Shown here: positions 29,422-37,915 of the stretch, in pieces
How positions within the stretch are numbered: position 1 is the first letter of the stretch
Layout: each line of letters begins with the position of its first letter
Assembly: GCA_017303835.1 (NCBI GenBank)
Contig: JAFLBI010000002.1
Span: 385,945-449,944 of the forward strand
Direction of reading: 5' to 3'
Length of the DNA: 64,000 bases
Source of the DNA: Chitinophagales bacterium
GTDB lineage: Bacteria; Bacteroidota; Bacteroidia; Chitinophagales; Chitinophagaceae
Translations under genes and position numbers: made by a program
Notes under the pieces: model-generated
The model's input: only the letters and a program-made list of their open reading frames with translations
Told to the model about the DNA's origin: nothing
The model's database searches: none

Positions 29422-29680
29422 CAACCCTCGAAAAGGGGAGTAAAAAGTTCTTTCAATTGTTCGGGTGTCGGCCCATGGCGAAAGCCGGCTAAGGTCGCAG
29501 GTTGGGTACCAATGCCTGCATGGGAGAGGATAGGAATGCTACAGTTATCAGCCAATGATAGCTGCCCTATCAAGTACGAACAAAGTGCCATGGTTGAAAG
29601 AACCTATCCCCGCACAAGTAGAAATCCTGTAAAGGCATACAGGTGAAGCAACGGCCACCCGATCTGATTCGGGTGGCTTT
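29422..29680 (+). ncRNA. Candidate structured non-coding RNA co-transcribed with the tRNA (unknown class)
   Basis: No credible ORF is present. It has dense nested helices, including a GNRA-capped stem (GGC-GAAA-GCC), a 3-way junction, a 9-bp hairpin at 29542-29564, mutually exclusive CCTATC(C) pairings, and its own terminator at 29654-29680. Confidence 0.45.
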
Positions 29681-29685
29681 ATGAA

Positions 29686-29802
29686 ATGAACGCTTTGAAA
29701 AAGACCATACTACTCATACTGGCTGTGCTCATTTGTGAGCTGTTAGATGTGTTGTGTTTGAATGATACGCCAGATGCGGAGTTGGATGATTACTGGAATT
29801 AA
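29686..29802 (+). CDS. Small hydrophobic peptide (38 aa), hypothetical
   Basis: My translation gives MNALKKTILLILAVLICELLDVLCLNDTPDAELDDYWN. It is below the ORF-track length cutoff and has a signal/lipobox-like N-terminus. Confidence 0.3.
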   Translation: MNALKKTILLILAVLICELLDVLCLNDTPDAELDDYWN

Positions 29803-29813
29803 ACAACGCCCAT

Positions 29814-30062
29814 ATGCAAAAAGAAATGTTCACTGCTTCTGTAATGAAGCAACTAAAACAGCCCGCTCCACGGGTTAAGAAAGAGCCTAAAATCTGGAAG
29901 CTTTCAGATGTGCTCCCGTTCGGCCAGTATGCCAGATGCACCGTTAAAAAGGTTGCAGAAATCAATCCTCATTACTTGGCATACCTGCAGCACCAATACA
30001 AAATGCAATTCGATGCAGAAGTAAGGCAACACATTCTCCAATACCAAAATGCTGCCCGATGA
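29814..30062 (+). CDS. Phage protein, DUF3820-like
   Basis: 82 aa. LPFGQYARCTVKKVAEINPHYLAYL resembles the (M/L)PFGKYKG...I...DP.YL.WL motif of the DUF3820/exodeoxyribonuclease X C-terminal-like family. Confidence 0.45.
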   Translation: MQKEMFTASVMKQLKQPAPRVKKEPKIWKLSDVLPFGQYARCTVKKVAEINPHYLAYLQHQYKMQFDAEVRQHILQYQNAAR

Positions 30063-30298
30063 ATACAATGGAGAATACCGCACACCTCATCAGAGATTGT
30101 ATTCAGCATTCAACCACAACAGATGAGCTAAAAACACTAAGCAAATTCACCAGGCTATTTGTGTTTGAGAAATATAGATCTGTGCAGGAAGAAGAAGCAC
30201 AGAAAATGGCCGACTGCCTCATTGCTGAAATTAATACCAAACACCTCACGCTAAAACCTGCATTATGCTCATCTCACAGCGAAGCACCAAAGAACTAA
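30059..30298 (+). CDS. Phage hypothetical protein
   Basis: 79 aa ORF with a 4-nt overlap with the upstream gene. Confidence 0.4.
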   Translation: MNTMENTAHLIRDCIQHSTTTDELKTLSKFTRLFVFEKYRSVQEEEAQKMADCLIAEINTKHLTLKPALCSSHSEAPKN

Positions 30299-30459
30299 AA
30301 GCCATTCAGGAAGAAGCAGAATGGGCCATCATTGAGCGCCAAATGCGCATTAACAATGGGGCGCCCAATAGCAAATACCTGAAGCAATGCCAACGCAGAG
30401 ATGGCATCATTTCCTCAACCATTAAAGCTGAGTTAGATGGACGCAAAAAAAGAGATTAA
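30265..30459 (+). CDS. Phage hypothetical protein
   Basis: 64 aa ORF in the same operon. The start is uncertain because it overlaps the upstream ORF by 34 nt. Confidence 0.35.
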   Translation: MLISQRSTKELKAIQEEAEWAIIERQMRINNGAPNSKYLKQCQRRDGIISSTIKAELDGRKKRD

Positions 30460-30625
30460 GAAGCAAAGCAGGGTAGTGCTTGCCACTGCCATCATGTGGT
30501 TTTTGAACTTCTGTGCAGGATTGATTTTAGGCAATTCTTCCTTCATATTCATTGGAGGTTTCTCAACAGCTGTTTATGCCTACGGGTACTACGACATTTT
30601 GAAAACATTAAAAAGTCTTGATTAA
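30437..30625 (+). CDS. Phage small membrane protein
   Basis: 62 aa with two hydrophobic segments (VVLATAIMWFLNFCAGLILG, FIFIGGFSTAVYAYGYY). Confidence 0.4.
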   Translation: MDAKKEIKKQSRVVLATAIMWFLNFCAGLILGNSSFIFIGGFSTAVYAYGYYDILKTLKSLD

Positions 30626-30627
30626 CC

Positions 30628-30852
30628 ATGCCCAAAACCAAAATACCCATCACCATTCCTGATGGACAAACAAAAGATAGTGTGCTCATGGAAGCCATCA
30701 GCATTCTTGGAAATTTAAGAGCCAGTAGTAAAAAGTTTGAAAGCGAGTTTGGCCACCATAATAGAAAGCGCAAAAGATATTGGGAGCAGCTTGCTGATTC
30801 ATTGCTGCATGAAGTAGGCTACATAGCCGAAAACGCCCAACCCGCTGAATAA
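30628..30852 (+). CDS. Phage hypothetical protein
   Basis: 74 aa ORF tightly packed in the operon. Confidence 0.4.
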   Translation: MPKTKIPITIPDGQTKDSVLMEAISILGNLRASSKKFESEFGHHNRKRKRYWEQLADSLLHEVGYIAENAQPAE

Positions 30853-30884
30853 CCCTTTCCTAACGCTGATTTTCCTTACTACCC

Positions 30885-33395
30885 ATGAGCTATTTTCAAG
30901 AGCGTTTACAACTACTTGGCATAACTGAAGAAGACAACCAAATAAAGCTTCTTCAATACGATAGTGCAGCTGGAGCCAATGTGCTAAAGCCGGTGCCCAT
31001 TTTTCGCGAACACAAAAAGGGCATTGAGATTATTGTCTACACCATCCACAGAGAGCTTATACGCATAGAAAAAGATGGTGCCGGCCGTAAAGATGGTACC
31101 AAAATGAAAGACCATTGGTCTATCGTTCGTCTGGAGACTCCCGCCATCAAGCCAAATGGCGATACCATGAAGTACCAAATGCCTAAAGGGCATGGTTCTT
31201 ACCCATTCTTTCCACCTGCTTTACTAGATAAGTTCGATGCAGCCACACCCATTAAAACCCTGTACATCATAGAAGGCTTTTTCAAAGCTTACAAAGGTTC
31301 TATGCACGGGCTAGATATTGTGGGTGTAGCATCTATTACGCACCTGAAAAACAAAGAAACAGGTGGCCTGCATGCTGATATTTTAGAACTGATTAAGCAG
31401 TGTAAAGTAGAAAGAGTGGTTTGGCTAACTGATGGCGATGTGTTCGACCTCTCATCCAAAGCCAATGATCCTAAAGAGCAGGTGGATCTGTACAAACGCC
31501 CATACAGCTTTTACAGCTCCATAGCTACGTTTAAAACCCTGTTGGATGATTATGATGTGGAGAAGTGGTTCATGCACATCAATACAGACCAAATCCATCA
31601 GGAGCACCCAGATCAGCCACGTGGCCAGTACAAAGGGCTGGATGATTTGCTTATTGCATTCCCCAATGATGCTGCAGATATTGTAGCAGATCTACAGCAG
31701 GTTTCTAAACGTGGCCGCTGGATTAAGAAGTACAACATTACTACTAGCACCAACCCGGTGTACAATGAGTTTCGCTTTCGCGATGTTACCGAGTTCTTCC
31801 TGTGGCACGTTGATAGAAAAGAAATTAGCCAAGACAAAGAATTCATATTCCACGGTTCGCGCTACCGGTACGATGATGAGAAAGGATCCTGCAAGCTCTT
31901 GGTGCCCGGTGCAGCTTCAGACTATTGCCGCGTAGGTACGCAATACTACAAGTTTGTAAAAGTGCCTAACAAGTACGGCCAAATGGAGCGCCAACTGTTG
32001 GGATGGGATAAAACCACCATCATAGACGATCACGGCAAAGACTTCCTAAAGCACGTTAGCAAGTACCAGGCCTTCTGCAATGTGCCTGATCACATCAACT
32101 ATCAGCTTGTCATCCACAACTGCTTAAACGTATATAACCCGCTAGATTTTCAGCCTCAGGAAGAGAATGCCACAATAGATGATTTTCCCAACATCTATGG
32201 CTTTATGGTGCACATTTTCGGCCACAACAAAGTGCATTTTAAAGATCCTGCTAGTGGTGAGAAAAAAGAATACAGCATGCTTGAGCTGGGCATGGATTAT
32301 GTGCAACTCATCTACCAACGCCCATGGCAGAAACTGCCTATCCTGTGTTTGGTAAGTAAAGAGAACAACACAGGTAAATCAACTTTTGGCAAGCTGTTAA
32401 AACAGATTCTCGGTGGCAACTGTGCCGTAGTAGGTAATCAGGATCTGGCAGGCGACTTCAATAAGCATTGGGCAACCAAAGCCCTGGTTATTTGCGATGA
32501 AACCAAGATCGATAAGCAAGCAGTAATCGAGAAAGTAAAAAGCCTCTCTACTGCAGAAAAGATCATGATGAACAGCAAGGGTAAAGATCACGTAGAGATT
32601 GACTGCTTCATCAAGTTTATGTTCATCACCAATAACGAAGAAAACTTCATTTATGCTTCTGAAGATGATATCCGTTACTGGATCATCAAAGTGCCAACCA
32701 TCACCAAAGAGAATCCGGGATTGATGGATAATATGATTGAGGAAATACCTGCATTCCTCAATTTCCTAAGCAGAAGAAAAATGGTAACGGATAACCTCAA
32801 CCGTATGTGGTTCCACCCAAGCCTGCTGAAAACAGAAGCATTGCGCAGAGTAATTGAATACAGCAAACCAACAGTAGAGAAAGAGATTATTGAATACATG
32901 CGCGATGCCTTTATGGACTTTGGTTGCGATGAAATATACATGAGTGGTGAAGATGTAAGAAAGGAAATACTCAACAACCGCTATGAGCGCAACTATGTGG
33001 CTAAGGTGCTAAAAGATAGCTTGAAGCTAGATATGTTTCATGTGTGGGATTTTGAAGGCAAAGAATACCCACATGATGGCGATGCTTTAAAAGCTGCCAT
33101 GCAGAAGTATAAAGTTGAAGAGCTGCAGGCGCTCTCGATAATTAAGAAAGTATATAAAACAAAACGCTACAGCTATCCTAAGATGGCTGAGGATCCCGCT
33201 AAAAAGGAACGCAACAGATCAGAAGTAAGCTGCTTAGGTAGGCCATACATTTTCAAGAAAGAAAGATTCTTAACTGCAGAACAGCTGGCACACTTTAAAC
33301 CAGATCCTGAGCAGAAGCACATCAGCGAAATGACGAACAATAGCGGAATACCGGATTCAGGTTTTGTGCCAAAAGAAGGATCACTATTCGATTAA
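30885..33395 (+). CDS. Phage primase-helicase (Toprim-like N-terminal region + P4/D5-type SF3 helicase)
   Basis: 836 aa with a Toprim-like segment LYIIEGFFKAY...VVWLTDGDVFD, Walker A KENNTGKST and Walker B ALVICDE. Confidence 0.75.
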   Translation: MSYFQERLQLLGITEEDNQIKLLQYDSAAGANVLKPVPIFREHKKGIEIIVYTIHRELIRIEKDGAGRKDGTKMKDHWSIVRLETPAIKPNGDTMKYQMPKGHGSYPFFPPALLDKFDAATPIKTLYIIEGFFKAYKGSMHGLDIVGVASITHLKNKETGGLHADILELIKQCKVERVVWLTDGDVFDLSSKANDPKEQVDLYKRPYSFYSSIATFKTLLDDYDVEKWFMHINTDQIHQEHPDQPRGQYKGLDDLLIAFPNDAADIVADLQQVSKRGRWIKKYNITTSTNPVYNEFRFRDVTEFFLWHVDRKEISQDKEFIFHGSRYRYDDEKGSCKLLVPGAASDYCRVGTQYYKFVKVPNKYGQMERQLLGWDKTTIIDDHGKDFLKHVSKYQAFCNVPDHINYQLVIHNCLNVYNPLDFQPQEENATIDDFPNIYGFMVHIFGHNKVHFKDPASGEKKEYSMLELGMDYVQLIYQRPWQKLPILCLVSKENNTGKSTFGKLLKQILGGNCAVVGNQDLAGDFNKHWATKALVICDETKIDKQAVIEKVKSLSTAEKIMMNSKGKDHVEIDCFIKFMFITNNEENFIYASEDDIRYWIIKVPTITKENPGLMDNMIEEIPAFLNFLSRRKMVTDNLNRMWFHPSLLKTEALRRVIEYSKPTVEKEIIEYMRDAFMDFGCDEIYMSGEDVRKEILNNRYERNYVAKVLKDSLKLDMFHVWDFEGKEYPHDGDALKAAMQKYKVEELQALSIIKKVYKTKRYSYPKMAEDPAKKERNRSEVSCLGRPYIFKKERFLTAEQLAHFKPDPEQKHISEMTNNSGIPDSGFVPKEGSLFD

Positions 33396-33563
33396 CATAA
33401 ATAGGGCCGCTAAAGTATTGTGTATGATAGGCAAGTGAGGTTAACAATCGGCCTGTTGGAATGGGTAGCCAACAGCCACAAGAACAACACAAATTCAACA
33501 TCATAGAAACAATCTTGAACCGGAGTGCTTTTCTGCCCGGAGCGGCCTTTTAAAAAACATTGT

Positions 33564-35267
33564 ATGTACGACAATACACCCATTTTCTTAATTGTAGACT
33601 TGTTCTGCGGAGCCGGAGGCACAACAACCGGATTTACACAGGCAGAGATTGATGGCAACAATATTGCCAAAGTAATTGCATGTGTGAACCATGATCCAAA
33701 GGCCATAATCAGCCATTGGAAAAACCATCCAGAGGTAAATCACTTTGAAGAGGACATTCGCACACTTGACCTTACCGAGCTGAAAGAGATTGTTAAGTGG
33801 TGGCAGGAACGATATCCGGATGCATACCTTGTTTTATGGGCATCCCTTGAGTGCACCAATTTCAGCAAGGCCAAAGGAGGCCAGCCCAGAGACCCAGACA
33901 GCCGCACATTGGCTGAGCACCTGGATAGATACATTGAGGCAATTGATCCGGACTATGTGCAGATCGAGAACGTGGTGGAGTTCATGAGTTGGGGCCCACT
34001 TGATGAGAACGGAAAACCACTGAGCAAAAAAAGCGGTGCAGATTTCTTACGATGGCGTAAAGACATCTGTGAATATGGTTACTATGATGATTGGACAGAA
34101 TTAAACAGTGCCAATTTTGGGGCATATACAAGCCGAAATAGGCTATTTGGGTGCTTTGCAAAGCACGGGTTGCCTATAGTATGGCCCAAGCCTACACATG
34201 CAAAAAATCCGGTTAAGGATAGCCTTTTTAATGGCACCCTTAAAAAGTGGAAAGCGGTAAAGGATGTGCTTGACTTTTCAGATGAAGGTGAGAGCATATT
34301 CAACCGGAAAAAAGCCCTATCAGATAAGACTCTGGAACGCATCTATGCCGGATTGATCAAGTATGTGGCCAATGGTGACACATCATTCATCAGTAAGTAC
34401 TACAGTGGCCGTCCTGCAGGAAAAAACATTTCGGTAAATCAACCAGCCGGTACAATCACATGTATAGACTCTCAGGCACTGGTTCAGGCAAGTTTTCTAT
34501 TGAAGTACAATTCTATGAATGAAGATGGTGTACATACACCACCTTCTTTGGAAAATCCATGTCCTGTTATTGCAGCTCAACCCAGATTAGGAGTTGTACA
34601 GCCAAAATTCCTTGCAGCTTATTACGGCAATGGAGACAATTGCAGCTCAGTAGAGAAACCATGTCCTACCATACCAACAAAAGACCGCTTCCAGCTAATA
34701 TCACCGGAGTTTGCATCAGCACAGAATCAGTCAATAGATCGGCCAGCCGGTGCCATTCTCACCAACGATAAGCACAACCTTATTCAGGCAGTGCCATTCA
34801 TCATGCCTACGAGCTATGAGAATAAACCGAAGTCAATTGAAGAGCCGGCACCAACCATCCAAGCCAGTAGGAGACATCACTACATTGTTAATCCGGCATG
34901 GGGTGGAAACAATGGCAGTGTGGAAGATCCTTGCTGCACAATAGTAGCAAGGCAAGACAAAGCTCCTTTGTACTTAGTACAGGCTGAGGCAGGAAACTAT
35001 AGCATTCCGGTTTATGATGATGATACCGAGCCAATGATCCGCATAAAAATGTTCATGGCAGTGTATGGCCTTGTTGACATCAAAATGCGCATGCTTCGAG
35101 TATTGGAGCTGTTGCAGATACAAGGCTTTCCCGTTGACTATCATTTACACGGCAACCAATCAGATCAGAAAAAATTCATCGGCAATTCAGTTGTACCAGG
35201 AGTGATCAAAGCATGGTGCGAGGCCATGGGCTTTGAGATCATTCGCAGAATCAAAAAAGTAGCATAA
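33564..35267 (+). CDS. DNA (cytosine-5) methyltransferase with expanded, six-fold repeated target-recognition region
   Basis: Motif I DLFCGAGG, IV SLECTNFS, VI IENV, VIII SRNRLF, IX RMLRVLELLQIQGFP and X GNSVVPGV are present. About 310 aa lie between motifs VIII and IX. The start is set to ATG 33564. Confidence 0.85.
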   Translation: MYDNTPIFLIVDLFCGAGGTTTGFTQAEIDGNNIAKVIACVNHDPKAIISHWKNHPEVNHFEEDIRTLDLTELKEIVKWWQERYPDAYLVLWASLECTNFSKAKGGQPRDPDSRTLAEHLDRYIEAIDPDYVQIENVVEFMSWGPLDENGKPLSKKSGADFLRWRKDICEYGYYDDWTELNSANFGAYTSRNRLFGCFAKHGLPIVWPKPTHAKNPVKDSLFNGTLKKWKAVKDVLDFSDEGESIFNRKKALSDKTLERIYAGLIKYVANGDTSFISKYYSGRPAGKNISVNQPAGTITCIDSQALVQASFLLKYNSMNEDGVHTPPSLENPCPVIAAQPRLGVVQPKFLAAYYGNGDNCSSVEKPCPTIPTKDRFQLISPEFASAQNQSIDRPAGAILTNDKHNLIQAVPFIMPTSYENKPKSIEEPAPTIQASRRHHYIVNPAWGGNNGSVEDPCCTIVARQDKAPLYLVQAEAGNYSIPVYDDDTEPMIRIKMFMAVYGLVDIKMRMLRVLELLQIQGFPVDYHLHGNQSDQKKFIGNSVVPGVIKAWCEAMGFEIIRRIKKVA

Positions 35268-35268
35268 C

Positions 35269-35727
35269 ATGAAAACACTCATCACCATCACAGCTATTTT
35301 ATTAGCTGTAGTAGTAGCAGCGCAAAAGAAAACTTTTGTTGTAGGTGGTTTTGGCGGTGCCAACACCAGTAAAGCTTGGTTACAGGCAGAAGTAGCAGCA
35401 GGTTTCTGGAAGCCAAAATTTGGTGGATTAATGCTTGCCGGTAAGCTATCGCACGAAGACGCCAACAGCTTGCCTATTACCAAATACCGGCTGCTTATTA
35501 GCTACCAAGCATCTATACCAATGGGTAGAAAGCTGCTAAGCCCATACCTATCTGTTGGCCGCAACTATGCAGAAGCTGGCTGCAATTTTTACCTGCCTGT
35601 AAACTATAATACTAAAATGGGCTTGCGTGCCGGGTTTACCACCAACGGCTTTATCCTGGGCGCAAGCTTCTTAGGCATACAAAATCCCTTCACCTCAAAA
35701 AAACAGCACCATGCTAAAACTAAGTAA
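35269..35727 (+). CDS. Phage-encoded exported protein, small beta-barrel-like
   Basis: 152 aa with signal peptide MKTLITITAILLAVVVAAQ and a Gly/aromatic alternating pattern. Confidence 0.45.
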   Translation: MKTLITITAILLAVVVAAQKKTFVVGGFGGANTSKAWLQAEVAAGFWKPKFGGLMLAGKLSHEDANSLPITKYRLLISYQASIPMGRKLLSPYLSVGRNYAEAGCNFYLPVNYNTKMGLRAGFTTNGFILGASFLGIQNPFTSKKQHHAKTK

Positions 35728-35974
35728 AGACGGCTCCAATGTTACTCTGGAATTTACACTGTCAATTGGTTACGTCATTCCATTTAGAGTTTGTAACCAT
35801 ACACCAATGAATGCACAGCTGCTAAAAGATGCCATGAATCAAACATTGCACAGCAGAATTGAGCGCATCCGCAAAGAAGCCTATGAGCAAGGCTGGAAAG
35901 ATGCTAAGAGCAGAAAAGTAGCAAAGAAAACAACATTCAGTACCGATATCAACGCAGGTTTTTGGGGGTATTAA
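35711..35974 (+). CDS. Phage hypothetical protein
   Basis: 87 aa ORF in the operon. Confidence 0.4.
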   Translation: MLKLSKDGSNVTLEFTLSIGYVIPFRVCNHTPMNAQLLKDAMNQTLHSRIERIRKEAYEQGWKDAKSRKVAKKTTFSTDINAGFWGY

Positions 35975-35992
35975 TCATTTAAAATAATAATC

Positions 35993-36292
35993 ATGAAAAC
36001 AGCAAATGAAAAAATTGAGTCGGTTAAGCTTACTGCTATGCAGTCATTTTTCTTAGACTTTATCAATAAATCCAAAGGAGAGGTAAATGCTTGTTATGTA
36101 GCAAGAGTTTACTATGAATCTATAGGAAAACAAAGGCGTGCGGCATCAAGAGATTCTTTCGGACAAACATCTGCCGCGTATAGAACCTGCAGATTTTTAG
36201 TTAGTAAAAAATTGATCAATGAGCATCATTATAAAACATCTGGCGGATTCTCATATACAAATTATAGTGCCATAAAAACTCAAACAGCCTAA
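35993..36292 (+). CDS. Phage hypothetical protein
   Basis: 99 aa ORF. No family is recognised. Confidence 0.4.
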   Translation: MKTANEKIESVKLTAMQSFFLDFINKSKGEVNACYVARVYYESIGKQRRAASRDSFGQTSAAYRTCRFLVSKKLINEHHYKTSGGFSYTNYSAIKTQTA

Positions 36293-36294
36293 TC

Positions 36295-36951
36295 ATGAAA
36301 GCAATACCAATACTATTCAGCACCCCAATGGTGCAGGCCATACTCGATGGCCGTAAAACGCAGACAAGGAGAGTAGTGAAGCCGCAGCCCTTAACGCATG
36401 GCCGAACTGATAGCAGGGTTCGTATTTATCAACGTGGCGAAAAATGGGAAGTTGCAGACACATTCAGTAATGATGGCTTTTCATGCTTAGACTCATTCAA
36501 ATGCCCATACGGCCAACCGGGCGATGTGCTATGGGTGAGAGAGAGTTTTAATCGTATTGAGTATAGAGGTTCAATAGAATACGTATATAAGGCAGAACCA
36601 AGTATCGATCCATGTAAAAATAAATTTTCTTCCTATGATCCATCAATCCACATGCCCAAAGCTGCATGCAGACTATTCCTGCAGGTAAAATCTGTACGGG
36701 TTGAAAGGCTGCAGGATATTAGTGAGGATGATGCAATTGCAGAAGGAATAGGAACAACAAATGGTATTCCAGTAGGAATGACAAGCCATTATATTGATTA
36801 CTTAGATGAAAAAAACTGTTATTCATCATCAATCAATTCTTTTAAATCACTTTGGCAATCTATCAAAGGCCCCGAAAGTTGGGATGCAAACCCATGGGTA
36901 TGGGTAGTTGAATTTGAACGCATAGAGAAGCCTGCAGGCTGGCCGTTTTGA
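36295..36951 (+). CDS. ASCH-like domain phage protein
   Basis: 218 aa. The N-terminal FSTPMVQAILDGRKTQTRRVVKPQP is the conserved opening of a widespread phage ASCH-like family. Confidence 0.55.
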   Translation: MKAIPILFSTPMVQAILDGRKTQTRRVVKPQPLTHGRTDSRVRIYQRGEKWEVADTFSNDGFSCLDSFKCPYGQPGDVLWVRESFNRIEYRGSIEYVYKAEPSIDPCKNKFSSYDPSIHMPKAACRLFLQVKSVRVERLQDISEDDAIAEGIGTTNGIPVGMTSHYIDYLDEKNCYSSSINSFKSLWQSIKGPESWDANPWVWVVEFERIEKPAGWPF

Positions 36952-36953
36952 TA

Positions 36954-36977
36954 TTAGCTGCTCACTAGGGCAGCTAA
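36954..36977 (+). terminator. Stem-loop at the end of the early/replication operon
   Basis: TTAGCTGC-TCACTAGG-GCAGCTAA (8 bp), 3 nt after the stop. The U-run is weak. Confidence 0.45.
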
Positions 36978-37111
36978 TTCATTTAGCAGCTCCAGCGCCA
37001 TCCAGATCAGTTCTTCATACTTCAGATACCAGGCTATACAACGGGCATATACTTTACGCATGAAATAAAATATATCCGGCCCATCCCTGTTCTATTTCAC
37101 CCCAAAAAAGT

Positions 37112-37453
37112 TTGAAACAATGTTGATTATCAATGAAAAGCGCGGTTTATGTAACAGCGGTAGTAGTAGCAGTATGTTATTCGGCGCGCCAAAAATGGCC
37201 CTGTGGCCTATTCCTAAGGCTAAAAATGGCGTTTTGGCAACCTTCCTTTTTCTTGAAACATTTGAAACATTCTCTCTAGAGAAAAGAAGAATAGTAAAGA
37301 GAATCAATCTGTTAGTGGTAGTTGTGGCATGTTTCAAACTTGTTTCAGGCTGCTACGCTGTTACAATTTGTTACAGATTGTTACAAGTTGAAACATTGGG
37401 TTGAAACATTTTGAAACAAATGATAATCAAGTAATTAAGTAAAAATGTTTCAA
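37112..37453. repeat. Array of TTGAAACA / TGTTTCAA and TGTTACA repeats in a 490-bp non-coding hub
   Basis: TTGAAACA at 37112, 37253, 37262, 37388, 37401 and 37411. The inverted copy TGTTTCAA is at 37330 and 37446, with a 7/8 copy at 37341. TGTTACA is at 37359, 37369 and 37379 (10-bp period). Confidence 0.8.
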
Positions 37454-37870
37454 ACTTCACCCCCTTTTCAAAGTCAGCCAAAAAAATCGCTTATGGAAAA
37501 TATCGCTACTTCAACAGCTTTGCCTACCACACAGGCAGCCATCAAAGACATTTTCTGGAACACCAACTACAACAATAAGCTGGTGTGTAATGCCATGATA
37601 GATGTTACACTGGCTCCAGACAGAAGTAAAGTACCTACCAACTGGAGAAACAGCATCTTTCGCATACACACCAAAGACCAATCATATCCACCGGTACTTT
37701 TTAAGTTGGATGATATGCTGCCCATCTGGCCACATGAACTTACCGACATGATCGCGATGCTAAGCAGTGGCTTACCTGCTGTAGAGCTTCTTGCGCAGCT
37801 GGAAGAGATGCATACACCAGAACTATTGAACAGAAGAGGCCTAATCATTAATTATTGGATAAAAATTTAA
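37445..37870 (+). CDS. Phage hypothetical protein (candidate regulator by position)
   Basis: 141 aa ORF. An alternative start is MENIAT at 37493. It is the first gene after the repeat hub. Confidence 0.45.
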   Translation: MFQTSPPFQSQPKKSLMENIATSTALPTTQAAIKDIFWNTNYNNKLVCNAMIDVTLAPDRSKVPTNWRNSIFRIHTKDQSYPPVLFKLDDMLPIWPHELTDMIAMLSSGLPAVELLAQLEEMHTPELLNRRGLIINYWIKI

Positions 37871-37877
37871 TCTGTTG

Positions 37878-37896
37878 TGTCGAATTTTTTGTCGAA
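37878..37896. promoter_or_regulatory. Operator-like direct repeat TGTCGAA-N5-TGTCGAA (site 3)
   Basis: TGTCGAA at 37878-37884 and 37890-37896, with the same 12-bp period as sites 1 and 2, just upstream of ATG 37916. Confidence 0.55.
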
Positions 37897-37915
37897 TTGG
37901 TGTATTATTGTAGTC

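Noticed and set aside
29316-29646. ORFs of 91 aa (minus) and 76 aa (plus)
   Set aside because: They overlap the tRNA gene and the hairpin-dense region. tRNA-shadow ORFs are a common artefact.
29134-29680. Assigning the tRNA-linked structured region to GOLLD or ROOL RNA
   Set aside because: The prophage and tRNA context is suggestive, but the element is much shorter than those RNAs and I cannot recognise their conserved motifs by eye. It is left as an unclassified candidate ncRNA.
37092-37404. Two overlapping ORFs (81 aa minus, 94 aa plus) in the repeat hub
   Set aside because: Both are built from the TTGAAACA/TGTTACA repeats and homopolymeric stretches (SSSS, VVVV, LLLL). Neither has a plausible start context or a family resemblance, so the region is treated as non-coding.
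37112-37453. Possible CRISPR array
   Set aside because: The repeats are only 7-9 nt, occur in both orientations with irregular spacing, and have no uniform spacers or cas genes. This is not a CRISPR.
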